Source: a virus. From it: a stretch of 64,000 bases of DNA. Both the position numbers and the translations under genes were made by a program. The notes under the pieces are model-generated. The model searched no databases, was not told the DNA's origin, and worked only from the letters and a program-made list of their open reading frames with translations. Shown here in pieces: positions 1 to 9,392 of the stretch. Numbering within the stretch: the first letter of the stretch is position 1; every line of letters starts with the position of its first letter. Location: the IMG/VR virus record IMGVR_UViG_3300045988_172839, positions 174,526 through 238,525 of that record; one strand, given 5' to 3'.

Positions 1-44
1 CAAGGTTGGAGCGGATACCGAGAATGCTAGTAAACCAACCACAG

Positions 45-485
45 CTATTTTTGTAAATTTTCGTAACACTGTTCAAATCTCCTTATGTAATTGTCCTCAA
101 GCTCTGAGTAATTCGAAACCAAAAGCATGTACTTATCAGAGGTAACTTTCTTATTGTAGAGGTAAAGCTCTGGTACTGCTATCTTAAATGCTTGGTGCAA
201 CAACTCTAAAGGAAAAGTCTCACGAAGTGATGAGATACCTTGCCTAGACAGTTCCGTAAGCTCAAATAAATCTTTATGTACCAAGCGATTAGAGTAGTTC
301 GTTAAGTTATTTTTTTTGTAATCAAAAGGGTAATCAAGAATTTCAAATAAACAAGTGTAACTCCCCTTTTTATTTGTTTGAACCACCCCTCTATAAAGCT
401 TATGTTTAAAAAGATTTACACACGAAACAGTGCGCTCAACCCCATCATCTTCAATTTCAACCTTGTACTTATATTTATCTTTCAT
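45..485 (-). CDS. hypothetical protein
   Basis: 146-aa minus-strand ORF in co-oriented gene array; no motif recognised. Confidence 0.5.
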   Translation of the reverse strand: MKDKYKYKVEIEDDGVERTVSCVNLFKHKLYRGVVQTNKKGSYTCLFEILDYPFDYKKNNLTNYSNRLVHKDLFELTELSRQGISSLRETFPLELLHQAFKIAVPELYLYNKKVTSDKYMLLVSNYSELEDNYIRRFEQCYENLQK

Positions 486-511
486 CTAAGTACCTTCTTT
501 TTCTAGTAAAG

Positions 512-1744
512 CTATTTAACTTTACAAAAGTCTTGAATTTCATAACCTAACTTTTCTTCCAGTTGCGAGGTGTAAAAGGATACCCTCTCACGGATTTGCG
601 AAACCTCTACGGAATACTGCTTTTGGTAAAGTTCTTCATCAAATAAAACTCCATAAGACAGTAACAAGAATAGAGTTGCAACTTCAATCGGAAGAACGGT
701 CGTTTCAAAGTGTAAGTTCTCATTTAAAACTGTAATCGGTACAGAATAAACAGACTCTACTTTAGTAATAAAATAATGCTCTGCGTAGACTGAGTTATTG
801 GTTTGAGCGTAGTTGACCCCCAAAGTGTCCCAACCTACCTCAACTCTGCTGACTGTTAGTGAAGGTTCCAAAAACTCAATGTAGCTACCATATAATTCTT
901 GAATAGACTCTGGGAGACCTTCAAAATCTTCTAATAAACCCTCTCTGGTCTTATAGACGTTGTAAGTATGGAACTGAACCTCTGTATCTGTGACCTTTGT
1001 AATCTTAGCCAAATGAACCTTGTTAATGAATTTGTTTGTACCTTTGCTACTGCGAACCTCTTCGTTTGCTACATAGCCTTTTTCATAGAGGAAAACGAGC
1101 GAACCAACCTGATACCCTTGCTCTTTAAAGAGCTTTTGTTTCTCAGAAATTGGTAACACCTCTTTGTTCATGTACCCATGAAAGCGAGCCATCTCAACAT
1201 AAAGTTGACTGTTAATCGTGTCTATATCTTTCGCACTCAAATCATAGTCAATCGGTAAATACTCAAAGAGTTTGAAATAGTAAAGAATACTGGACTCAGC
1301 TAACTCTGAGGAAAGACCTTTCACACTTAAATGAAAATCTCCTACAATCACATCAAGATAAATCGCAAACCACAAGACCACCAAACTATACGAGAGTTGG
1401 TAAGGGTAGTTACTAGGTTTCAAATAAGTATAGTTCTCTTCAGTTACCACAAAGGAAGTGCTTGAAACTCTGAAATTCTCTACGATTGTTTCAAAGTGAG
1501 CCAACAACCTCCGATAATCATAGCTAGGAGGAACTGCTGCTATAGTTTCTTTTAAAGTTAAAAGCTTACGAGCGGAAGCCATGCTGACATAGGGATACCC
1601 ATCTAGTTTACTGAGAGCGCTCGGTTCAAATGGAACTGTTGGAATGAACTCTGGAGTAGTTTTGTAAATCTCACTATAAGCAATATTATAGAAAGACCAA
1701 TAAAGAGCCTTATAGGGAGAGTCTATCGTGTATTTATCAACCAT
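512..1744 (-). CDS. hypothetical protein
   Basis: 410-aa minus-strand ORF abutting neighbours; no motif recognised. Confidence 0.55.
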   Translation of the reverse strand: MVDKYTIDSPYKALYWSFYNIAYSEIYKTTPEFIPTVPFEPSALSKLDGYPYVSMASARKLLTLKETIAAVPPSYDYRRLLAHFETIVENFRVSSTSFVVTEENYTYLKPSNYPYQLSYSLVVLWFAIYLDVIVGDFHLSVKGLSSELAESSILYYFKLFEYLPIDYDLSAKDIDTINSQLYVEMARFHGYMNKEVLPISEKQKLFKEQGYQVGSLVFLYEKGYVANEEVRSSKGTNKFINKVHLAKITKVTDTEVQFHTYNVYKTREGLLEDFEGLPESIQELYGSYIEFLEPSLTVSRVEVGWDTLGVNYAQTNNSVYAEHYFITKVESVYSVPITVLNENLHFETTVLPIEVATLFLLLSYGVLFDEELYQKQYSVEVSQIRERVSFYTSQLEEKLGYEIQDFCKVK

Positions 1745-1746
1745 CG

Positions 1747-2508
1747 TTAAACACCCTCAACCCTTTCAAACTCAACTTTGTTGTGGTTTGGGAAATTCTT
1801 CTTTTGAAGTTCTAAAACCAAATCTGCAGGGAGAGTTTTGTTCAAGGTCAGATACCGGGAGAGTGAACCCCAAGTCTTAATATCTTCAAGGCTTTCTGAG
1901 AGAACCTGCTTTAGCGTTTTCTCTACTTCTAAGACTCTTGTAAGAGCTTCTACAATCTCTTCTTTGGACTTCTCTTTAATCAAATCTATCTGGTAAAGCT
2001 CACTTGTACGCTGATTTAAAAGGTTTGGAGCGACTTGTACTAAAGGGAAATCTGAAATTTCTTCTATAATAGTAGAAAGTCCATCAGAATTGACTTGTAA
2101 ATACTCCTCAATCACTTGAAACTGACGGTTTTTCCAAAGACTTAATAAACCTGTCGGAAATCTTGACTCAAGACTTTCTTCAACTTTTAGACTTGCGTAG
2201 TAAACTTGACGAGAAGTCAATCCTGAAAGGTCTACGAGTTGCTTGCAGTTGAGTCCTGATCGATACAATTTCAAAAGACTAAGTGTGCTTTCTTCATTTG
2301 ACTTACTCAGATTTAAGTAAGACCCGCTCTTCAAAAAATCAACAAGCGTTTTTGCAAACTGCAAGTCCTCTACTGTTTGTAAGACCGAACTAGAAGGAAT
2401 GTGCTTGTTATTCTCTAATCTAGTTTGGAATAAAGTAATATCAGAATAAATCTGATTTAAAGTATTAAATATCGGTTTCTTTTTACTCATAAAAGTTAAA
2501 AACCACAC
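1747..2508 (-). CDS. hypothetical protein, possible helix-turn-helix
   Basis: 253-aa ORF; segment LNCKQLVDLSGLTSRQVYYASL resembles an HTH; start uncertain (ATG at 2490 also possible); sigma-A-like promoter at 2651-2679. Confidence 0.45.
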   Translation of the reverse strand: MWFLTFMSKKKPIFNTLNQIYSDITLFQTRLENNKHIPSSSVLQTVEDLQFAKTLVDFLKSGSYLNLSKSNEESTLSLLKLYRSGLNCKQLVDLSGLTSRQVYYASLKVEESLESRFPTGLLSLWKNRQFQVIEEYLQVNSDGLSTIIEEISDFPLVQVAPNLLNQRTSELYQIDLIKEKSKEEIVEALTRVLEVEKTLKQVLSESLEDIKTWGSLSRYLTLNKTLPADLVLELQKKNFPNHNKVEFERVEGV

Positions 2509-2650
2509 AAAAAACTACTATTTTATGATTTACTTTTAAAGCACAAAATAAATCATTCTACTTTTCTGTACTTTATCCTCTCTGTAAAATTTTCAGTCTG
2601 AAATCTAGCTATATGACTAGAAATTTTCTTTGCTGAATTTCTTAAGGTCT

Positions 2651-2679
2651 ATTATACATTATTTTAAAATAAAAATCAA
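2651..2679 (-). promoter_or_regulatory. sigma-A-type promoter (TTGATT-N17-TATAAT)
   Basis: minus-strand TATAAT at 2651-2656 and TTGATT at 2674-2679, 17-bp spacer. Confidence 0.45.
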
Positions 2680-2861
2680 GTAACAAGATGTACAAAATCT
2701 AAATCAAAATGAGATAAGTTTGGTATTTTTTGGACTAAAGTAAATAATTTGGATTGAAATAGAGTTTACTATAAAGAAAAACAAGTTTGAGGATACCGAA
2801 TAGAGGATTTGGGGAGTTCTTTCAATAGTAAAAAAAAACTGAAATTTAAAATTGACAGTTT

Positions 2862-2903
2862 GTTCTCTGTTCTCTGTTCTCTGTTCTCTGTTCTCTGTTC
2901 TCT
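2862..2903. repeat. tandem heptamer repeat (GTTCTCT)x6
   Basis: six perfect head-to-tail copies read directly. Confidence 0.95.
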
Positions 2904-3336
2904 ACTTTCCAAATTCGACCCAACTCAAAAATCTCAGAACTGAAAACTGAATTAGAAATGCACGTGGACTGAGGATACCGCAAGGGTGACTAGAGTTTGC
3001 TCTGATTTTCTTGGAATTAGAATGCTCCATGAACCTCTACTAATCTTACTGAAGTTTAAGTTACTTACTTAAATTAAGGCTTACAAAGAAGGAAGACCGC
3101 AAAACAAATCTGAAGCCCAACGGAGGTTGAGCGTTCCTATTAACAAAGTTAAAGCCAAAAGTAAAGACCAAAACTCAAAGCGAGGATACCACTGAGAGGT
3201 AGGTTGAGGAGTTGAAGTTTTAAGTTCAGACCTCAGACATTAAACCTGCACAACCAAGCAAAAAGCCACCAAATCCTTACGGAATTGGGGCGTTCCCTAA
3301 CCTTAAAACGAAAAATCAGCCTTAAACTTGAAAAAC

Positions 3337-3715
3337 CTATGACACAATTTAAGGAAACCTAAGACAATATATTCTCAATCTAGGACAGAAATTGAGAGAA
3401 TTAGGACAAATAAATCTCATTTTATGACAAACTTTAACCGTTTTAGGACAAACAAACCTTAATTTAGGACAAAAAGGCAAAGATTTATGACAAATTTAAA
3501 CAAAGTTATGACAAATAAACCTATTTCTACGACAAATAAAACCGTTTTTATGACAAAAAGACAAAGACTTAGGACAATTTTAAGTAAAGTTAAGACAAAA
3601 ATAACTAATCTTAAGACAGATTTTAGTACAATTAGGACAAGTGTATGACAGAATTACCTAATCTTAGGACAAAAAGTCTAAAATCTATGACAAAAATAAA
3701 AAGAGTTACGACAAG
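3337..3715. repeat. phased iteron array, about 19 copies of TTA(G/T/A/C)GACAA at roughly 21-bp spacing
   Basis: repeated ttaggacaa / ttatgacaa / ttaagacaa / ttacgacaa cores read directly; the spacers are A-rich and not conserved. Confidence 0.9.
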
Positions 3716-3940
3716 TCACAACTACTGCTTTTCAGAAGCCTAAATACAAGAAATAAGGGAGAAAAAGACACAAACTTCGCAAAAGTCTTGAAAATCTAGA
3801 TACCGCTGAGAGGGTTTAAGAACTAAATTTAGTTCTCAAAATCAAACCGCAGACATTTTTCCCTAAAATCAAGTTTAAAGGCTCTCATTTGCCCCGTGTC
3901 GCATTTTAAATTGAAGTTGGACATATTATACCATAAGAGG

Positions 3941-3969
3941 TTAAAATCAAATCTGGTGCAATCTGGGGC
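3941..3969 (-). promoter_or_regulatory. conserved intergenic element, copy 1 (CCAGATTG direct-repeat box)
   Basis: ttaaaatcaaatctggtgcaatctggggc matches 36880-36910 and 50697-50728; followed on the minus strand by TGGTATAAT (3927-3935). Confidence 0.4.
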
Positions 3970-4140
3970 TTTTTAGAGAAATAGAAAAAGTGAAGACTAA
4001 AATCTTCACTTATCTTCTACGTTTATTAAGGTTATGTTTAGGTTCATCTTCAAAACAGTCTGTGAAATCAACCTCTTTCGAACGATATAGGAAACCCAAA
4101 CTAACCAACATAAGGACTGCAAGTAATAACCACAAAGTCT

Positions 4141-4419
4141 TTACTCCCAACCATCATCTGAGTTTGCTGCACTCTCATAGTCTACTTCAGCTCCGTCTCG
4201 GAAGCTCTTCTTAGTGAGGAGAGAGTAAACCCACAAACCAAAGTACCAAATAGTCACAACACCAACTACAAGTCCGAGTGGAATCGTAGCTACAATCACA
4301 TCAAGATTGGAAAGACCTGTGAGACGGAGAACGAAAAGTACAACAACTGCAAGCATTGTAAGAATCATTGTCGTCATTAAAATCGCTAATGGTAAGTTCC
4401 ATTTGTTGATAAATTTCAT
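4141..4419 (-). CDS. small membrane protein
   Basis: 92 aa with long hydrophobic stretches (LAILMTTMILTMLAVVVLFVL, LGLVVGVVTIWYFGLWVY). Confidence 0.55.
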   Translation of the reverse strand: MKFINKWNLPLAILMTTMILTMLAVVVLFVLRLTGLSNLDVIVATIPLGLVVGVVTIWYFGLWVYSLLTKKSFRDGAEVDYESAANSDDGWE

Positions 4420-4434
4420 TGTTTTTAACCTTTC

Positions 4435-4731
4435 TTAAAGCCTACATTTATATTCGCGCCCTGCGAGGTGATACCGCAATAAGTCTGAACCTTGGGTAAC
4501 CAGAACCTCTCTAGTTACTAAATCAATAGTCTGACCTAAACCATGTTCTAATAAGAGTTCGTAGGCTTCTTGCAGAACCTTGAACTCCTCATGAGACCCA
4601 CCTTCAACATCCGGGTGAACTTCTTTGGAGCGCTTTTTATACGCTTGTTTCAAACTAGTTTGTTCTACGGTTATAACACCTTCAAAGCCGAGAATCTTTA
4701 AGGCTTTTTTAATACTGCTTAATTCTATCAT
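4435..4731 (-). CDS. J-domain (DnaJ-like) protein
   Basis: KQAYKKRSKEVHPDVEGGSHEEFKVLQEAYELL carries the HPD tripeptide and helix II/III pattern of J domains. Confidence 0.75.
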   Translation of the reverse strand: MIELSSIKKALKILGFEGVITVEQTSLKQAYKKRSKEVHPDVEGGSHEEFKVLQEAYELLLEHGLGQTIDLVTREVLVTQGSDLLRYHLAGREYKCRL

Positions 4732-4758
4732 AATCTATCTAAACGTGCAAGAGTTTCT

Positions 4759-5289
4759 TTATCTGTAGTAATTAGCGCTTGCCACGTAAACGTGGGTTGG
4801 GTAACGTCCTACGGTGTAAGGGTGGCGGACAACCTTGTAGTTTGCTTGATTATCTTGGTATTTGAGGATACGGTAAGGGTTATCGTCTACAAAAACCACC
4901 TTATCTGAACTATCCTTTGCAGACTGTAAAAGACGAGCTAGAACTTTCTCTTCTTGCTTTACGCTATAGAAAGACATGAAAGCTGAGTTTCCATAACCTA
5001 ACTTATCAAGCAGTTCTCTCTTCTTCTCTGCAATTTCCTTATTAGGGCTCAAACTAATAAAGCAAATATCCTCAGTATGAGAGCCTACGAGACCTTCGAG
5101 ATACCACTCTACTTCTTCATTTACCTTAATCCCACCGTATTGGTAAAATTGAGGGTTTGAGAAGTGTTTAAGTAACTCCTTCTCCAACTCATAAAACAAC
5201 TGTTTCTCTGGTTCATAAGTTGGTTTGAAATCAACCAAACGACTTGCTGAATCAAGGAGTGTATTGTCTAAATCAACGTAAACGCGCAA
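4759..5289 (-). CDS. HAD-superfamily hydrolase (possible 5'-nucleotidase)
   Basis: N-terminal DLDNTL (DxDxT motif I) and VVFVDDNP (motif IV). Confidence 0.6.
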   Translation of the reverse strand: MRVYVDLDNTLLDSASRLVDFKPTYEPEKQLFYELEKELLKHFSNPQFYQYGGIKVNEEVEWYLEGLVGSHTEDICFISLSPNKEIAEKKRELLDKLGYGNSAFMSFYSVKQEEKVLARLLQSAKDSSDKVVFVDDNPYRILKYQDNQANYKVVRHPYTVGRYPTHVYVASANYYR

Positions 5290-5332
5290 TCTTTTAACCT
5301 CACTAAAATTTAATTTAAACTAGGAAAAGTCC

Positions 5333-5767
5333 TTATTCCAAAGCGATAAAGACTATTTCATCCCATGTGAACTTAGAAAAGAACTTCAAAACTCTTTCTA
5401 AACTGAATTTATTTATAGTATTCTCTGAGTTCTTTATATAAGTCTCCAAATCAAACTGAGGGTAAATGGTCTGATACACCTCTGTATCTAAGCGAGAACC
5501 TAAGTGGGATATACCGCTATAAAATAAGGCGTCTTCAAGACCCATATTGCGAACCCACTTACAAAACTGAAGGCTTTCGCTTGGGGTTAGCTTATAAACC
5601 TTGTTGGTCTGAACAAGCGAATTAGGTGCTAAGGCAATTAGCACCTTATCAAGAATACCCTCACCCTCAATCCACAAGAAACCTAGTTCTTTCAAGGACT
5701 GTAGGAGTTTATCTCTTTCATAAATTGTAACAATTAAGTGTCTATCTTCTTTCATGTAGTGCGACAC
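5333..5767 (-). CDS. hypothetical protein
   Basis: 144-aa ORF; likely true start is ATG at 5755. Confidence 0.5.
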   Translation of the reverse strand: MSHYMKEDRHLIVTIYERDKLLQSLKELGFLWIEGEGILDKVLIALAPNSLVQTNKVYKLTPSESLQFCKWVRNMGLEDALFYSGISHLGSRLDTEVYQTIYPQFDLETYIKNSENTINKFSLERVLKFFSKFTWDEIVFIALE

Positions 5768-5932
5768 CTACTAGCACTAAACCTTACGAGGTTTAGGTTC
5801 TTCCTTATTCTTGTGCAAATCCTTACAAGAGTCATCCTTACAAGAGTGCTTATACTTAGTTACAACTGAAGTGTAAGCACTAGACAAACCTTGCTTCGGA
5901 GGTACTTCTTTTGTCTTCAAAGCTACGCTCCT

Positions 5933-6706
5933 TTACTTTCTTGTTTCTTTCGTCTTCAAGGTGCGAGCAGAAACTTTAGGAGTAGAAGTCTTCGCTACTT
6001 TTGGCGTGGCTTCTGCACTCTTTTTCTTACTGCTCGAACCTGTGCGAATGACCTTTGGCTTTTCAACATCGCCAAATTTCTTATATAAGTCAACCAATTC
6101 ATCATTGATATATTTCTCTCTCAAAATACCTGATTGAGAGTAGACAAGGCGCACGGTTGCGCCATTTTCGAGATACCCGTGGACGGTTTGGTTCATGGAA
6201 GTACGAGTAACACGAACCTCTCCAACTAAGTTATTCTCCTTGCGAATCTTAACTACACTTTGGTGGATTCGGTGGAGCTGAATTTTGAAGACTTTTTCAG
6301 TCTTACTTGTGTACCCCAAAGGAATGTGGTAATTACGCTCTGGGAGAACAAACTCAGCGCCTAAGTTACATGAAGGTAAGTTCTTCAACATGTAAGGTTT
6401 CAACTGAATATCAACATCTTTTGTCAACCACAAGTGGAGCTGAATAGGAATGTCTAAACCTTCAACCTTTAAGGTAATGGTGCGGTTAATGGTAATATCT
6501 AAGTCCAAACCATCTTGAACATATTCCAAATCACTCCACAAGCGAGTGTTGAACTTGTACTTCTTGTCATGGTACAACTGTTTTAAAACGTTGTTTACTA
6601 CTGTCTTTTCCCAGTAGTTCTTAATTTCCTGTGTAACCTTTACAAATGGTGTTGAGGGAAATTTGGTCAAGTCTAAATCTGCTTTCTTTTCTTTCAAATA
6701 CACCAA
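5933..6706 (-). CDS. hypothetical protein with Lys-rich basic C-terminal tail
   Basis: 257 aa; tail SSKKKSAEATPKVAKTSTPKVSARTLKTKETRK suggests nucleic-acid binding. Confidence 0.5.
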   Translation of the reverse strand: MVYLKEKKADLDLTKFPSTPFVKVTQEIKNYWEKTVVNNVLKQLYHDKKYKFNTRLWSDLEYVQDGLDLDITINRTITLKVEGLDIPIQLHLWLTKDVDIQLKPYMLKNLPSCNLGAEFVLPERNYHIPLGYTSKTEKVFKIQLHRIHQSVVKIRKENNLVGEVRVTRTSMNQTVHGYLENGATVRLVYSQSGILREKYINDELVDLYKKFGDVEKPKVIRTGSSSKKKSAEATPKVAKTSTPKVSARTLKTKETRK

Positions 6707-6716
6707 CTCCCTCTAA

Positions 6717-7535
6717 TTATTTACCAAACATAAACTGTTCTTGGTCTTTAGCAAATTGCTCTGTATAACGGTCTAAGCGCATGTACATTGCAGCCTTTGA
6801 AATCCCTTGTTTTTCCGCCCACTGGACGACTGGGATACCTTTGAAATAAATCGCCTTAATGTCATCTCTTACCTGTTTAGTTGTCTTATCTTTCAAGTAA
6901 GCCTTTAGCTTAGTTGGTGAGACTCTAAACAAGTCTTCTTCAAACTCTTTAAAGGCACTTGCTACAACATTGTAAGGGTACAATTTTGATAAGATCTCTG
7001 GTGTTGCTTCTTGGTAGGCTACAACTCCACTTACTCTGTTCTTACGAGATTTTACTTTTACTTCGTTTTGAGCTTCCAACCATTTCTTAAAAGGAACTTC
7101 AAGACCCCTACTTAACCCAATTAAGTAAACAGTTTGCTCTTTGAATGGGAAACAAGTAAAGTGCAAGACTTCAATTCCTTCTGCGTTTGCAAAAGCGTGT
7201 ACTAAAGACGACAGCTTAGACAAGCGACTTAACCCTACAACTTCAGACAACTCGTGTAGTGAAATAATTTCACTATTGTCAATCTTAGAGCCATCTTTCA
7301 AGTATTTATCGCTCTCGATAATTTCTTGATTCGTAAGGGGCGCTTTATCTACATAAGTCACACCTCGAACGCGAGACTTGACTTCCCCTATTTGAAACGG
7401 TTTACTTGCAAGACCAATTCTACCATTTTGCAAGTTGTAATTGAATGATGACTCTTGGATTTGGTACTTATTTCTGTACTCATTACGAGTCAACCCTACT
7501 TCTACTACCATAATTCTATCTAAAATACCTTTCAT
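6717..7535 (-). CDS. hypothetical protein, C-terminal HTH-like segment
   Basis: track ORF runs to 7580 but that extension overlaps a consensus promoter (7552-7580), so ATG at 7535 is preferred; QWAEKQGISKAAMYMRLDRY looks HTH-like. Confidence 0.5.
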   Translation of the reverse strand: MKGILDRIMVVEVGLTRNEYRNKYQIQESSFNYNLQNGRIGLASKPFQIGEVKSRVRGVTYVDKAPLTNQEIIESDKYLKDGSKIDNSEIISLHELSEVVGLSRLSKLSSLVHAFANAEGIEVLHFTCFPFKEQTVYLIGLSRGLEVPFKKWLEAQNEVKVKSRKNRVSGVVAYQEATPEILSKLYPYNVVASAFKEFEEDLFRVSPTKLKAYLKDKTTKQVRDDIKAIYFKGIPVVQWAEKQGISKAAMYMRLDRYTEQFAKDQEQFMFGK

Positions 7536-7551
7536 CTCGATTTTCTCTTTT

Positions 7552-7580
7552 ATTATATCACAAATTTTAGTAAAAGTCAA
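7552..7580 (-). promoter_or_regulatory. sigma-A-type promoter (TTGACT-N17-TATAAT)
   Basis: TATAAT at 7552-7557 and TTGACT at 7575-7580 on the minus strand. Confidence 0.6.
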
Positions 7581-7660
7581 GAAAATAAGATAAAGTTGTG
7601 AAAACGACTTGGAAATCTTGAAAAAAGGAAGAACCCAAGTTCTTCCTAATCTTAGATAAT

Positions 7661-7993
7661 TTAAAGAAGTGGATAATCCACAACAGTAGCGCCTTCTTCG
7701 GACGGATACCCTTTGACACCTCGGTATAAAGCCCTCTCAAGTCCATCTAAACCATGTGAAGAAGAACTAACCAACTGAGCTTGAGAACCCTCTAATAAAG
7801 TCTTCAAGTGGTAAATTGTTCCGTGACCTACGAAACGTTTCACAACAATCACAATGTCAAAGTCTTTCAACTTATCTGGGGCAAGTTCTGTATCGTTGTG
7901 TGAGCTAGAATCAATCACTTCAAGCGCTTCTGCTTTCTTCTCCGTTAATACAAGAGACCTAAAACGCTCTACTTGAGATTTGGGTAATCCCAA
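7661..7993 (-). CDS. hypothetical protein
   Basis: 110-aa ORF in array; no firm motif. Confidence 0.45.
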   Translation of the reverse strand: MGLPKSQVERFRSLVLTEKKAEALEVIDSSSHNDTELAPDKLKDFDIVIVVKRFVGHGTIYHLKTLLEGSQAQLVSSSSHGLDGLERALYRGVKGYPSEEGATVVDYPLL

Positions 7994-8041
7994 TATAGCG
8001 ACTTTCTTACCTTTTAAGTCAAAGTCATATTTGGCAAAGGT

Positions 8042-8893
8042 TCATGAAGGTTTTGAGGATACCACCGATGACGTGATTGGTTTAACTTTATTATCTTGGT
8101 GAACCCAAGCTAAGCGTGGTAGTTCACCCTCTTTAATGACTAAATCCACCGAGTGTGCAGTCGCTAGGCGATAAGTCTTCACTAGGTAATCATTGAGGCT
8201 GAAGACCCCACAACGAGAACCATAATCTCTTAAAGAGTTACCTTCAGAATCAGAAGGAACATAGTAACCTTCCGCATCTTTGTTTAGTGGACAATTTTCA
8301 ACGTAAGTAAGGCCTGTTTTAGGCTCTAAGGTCGTTTCATAAGAAATATCATAAATACGCGGACCTGAAAGATTAAAGGAAATTACAAGACCGTGACTCA
8401 AATCAAACCGTTTGTACACCTCAAAGTTATTATCGTATAGAACTTCTCCAGTTTCAACATCTTCAATTTCAAAACCACGCTCTGTCAATAATACAACACC
8501 ACACAAGTCACCGTTTGCATTTGGTGAGAAAATACGAGGGCACCATTTGTAACTAGGTGTCTCCTCTTCTTGGTACTCTGTTTCATCTGAGTAACCTACT
8601 ACTTCTTCAGTCGTAAGAGTTTGTGGAGCTTGACCTTTAGGCAGAAGCGCATGATCTTCTGAAGATACCGCAACAAGGTTTGAAGGACTATCTGAACGAG
8701 CTAAGTAATGATGCAAGACCAAATCTTGTTCTTCTTTAAACAAAGGAACTAAAAACTCTCCAAAAGCTTGATTGTCTAAGCCTAAAAACTCTTTGGCGAG
8801 TTTTAGGCGTTCCAAATCACCCTCTACCAAAATATCTTTAATTGTCTTGCGAAATTCATTTAAAAATTCTTCTCTAAATTCCATTGAAATCAA
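8042..8893 (-). CDS. hypothetical protein
   Basis: 283-aa ORF in array. Confidence 0.5.
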   Translation of the reverse strand: MISMEFREEFLNEFRKTIKDILVEGDLERLKLAKEFLGLDNQAFGEFLVPLFKEEQDLVLHHYLARSDSPSNLVAVSSEDHALLPKGQAPQTLTTEEVVGYSDETEYQEEETPSYKWCPRIFSPNANGDLCGVVLLTERGFEIEDVETGEVLYDNNFEVYKRFDLSHGLVISFNLSGPRIYDISYETTLEPKTGLTYVENCPLNKDAEGYYVPSDSEGNSLRDYGSRCGVFSLNDYLVKTYRLATAHSVDLVIKEGELPRLAWVHQDNKVKPITSSVVSSKPS

Positions 8894-9354
8894 CCTCTCT
8901 TATTCTTTCTATTTTTCTTCCTAACTTTGTGTATGCGAGGTGCAAACTGCTCCGCAGTTGTGCAAATGTCGTCCCAATTTACTCTAGGTTGTGGGTTAAT
9001 TAGTAGTTTTCTTGTGTCTATAAAGCTCTTTGTGACCTTACTGCAGTTTCTATATCTTTCCTTGTAACAATAGCAGCAGACAAAGAAAGTCAGACCCTTT
9101 TGATTTAAAGCAAACAACTGCTTAACCTTACGGTGGCAAATGTCACAAGGCGTAGTCAAAGGCGCTTTTGAGGATACCGTAACTGTAGGTGTGAGCGAAT
9201 TATCAAAGGTTGTCTCAATATCGAAAGCTACTGCTTTTGGAGAAACTGTAACTGTAGGCTCAGAACCGTTGTAAAAAATTGATTCAGGATCGAAATCCCA
9301 ATTCTTCTTGTCTGGGTTTAAGAACGATTCAAAATTGATAAAATCACCTAACAT
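8890..9354 (-). CDS. Cys-rich (zinc-ribbon-like) protein
   Basis: CDICHRKV...FFVCCYCYKERYRNC; the track extension to 9537 translates the 19-bp tandem repeat and overlaps the upstream gene, so ATG at 9354 with an upstream AGGAA is preferred. Confidence 0.5.
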   Translation of the reverse strand: MLGDFINFESFLNPDKKNWDFDPESIFYNGSEPTVTVSPKAVAFDIETTFDNSLTPTVTVSSKAPLTTPCDICHRKVKQLFALNQKGLTFFVCCYCYKERYRNCSKVTKSFIDTRKLLINPQPRVNWDDICTTAEQFAPRIHKVRKKNRKNKRG

Positions 9355-9392
9355 AAATTTATTCCTATTTTCCTTTCTAAAATATAAGAAAC

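Noticed and set aside
3337-3715. Possible CRISPR array (regularly spaced short repeats); the same question applies to 51150-51328
   Set aside because: The repeat cores are only about 9 nt and degenerate, the period is about 21 bp (far too short for repeat plus spacer), and the spacers are A-rich filler. The 51-kb repeats are only three, degenerate and unevenly spaced. No cas genes are present.
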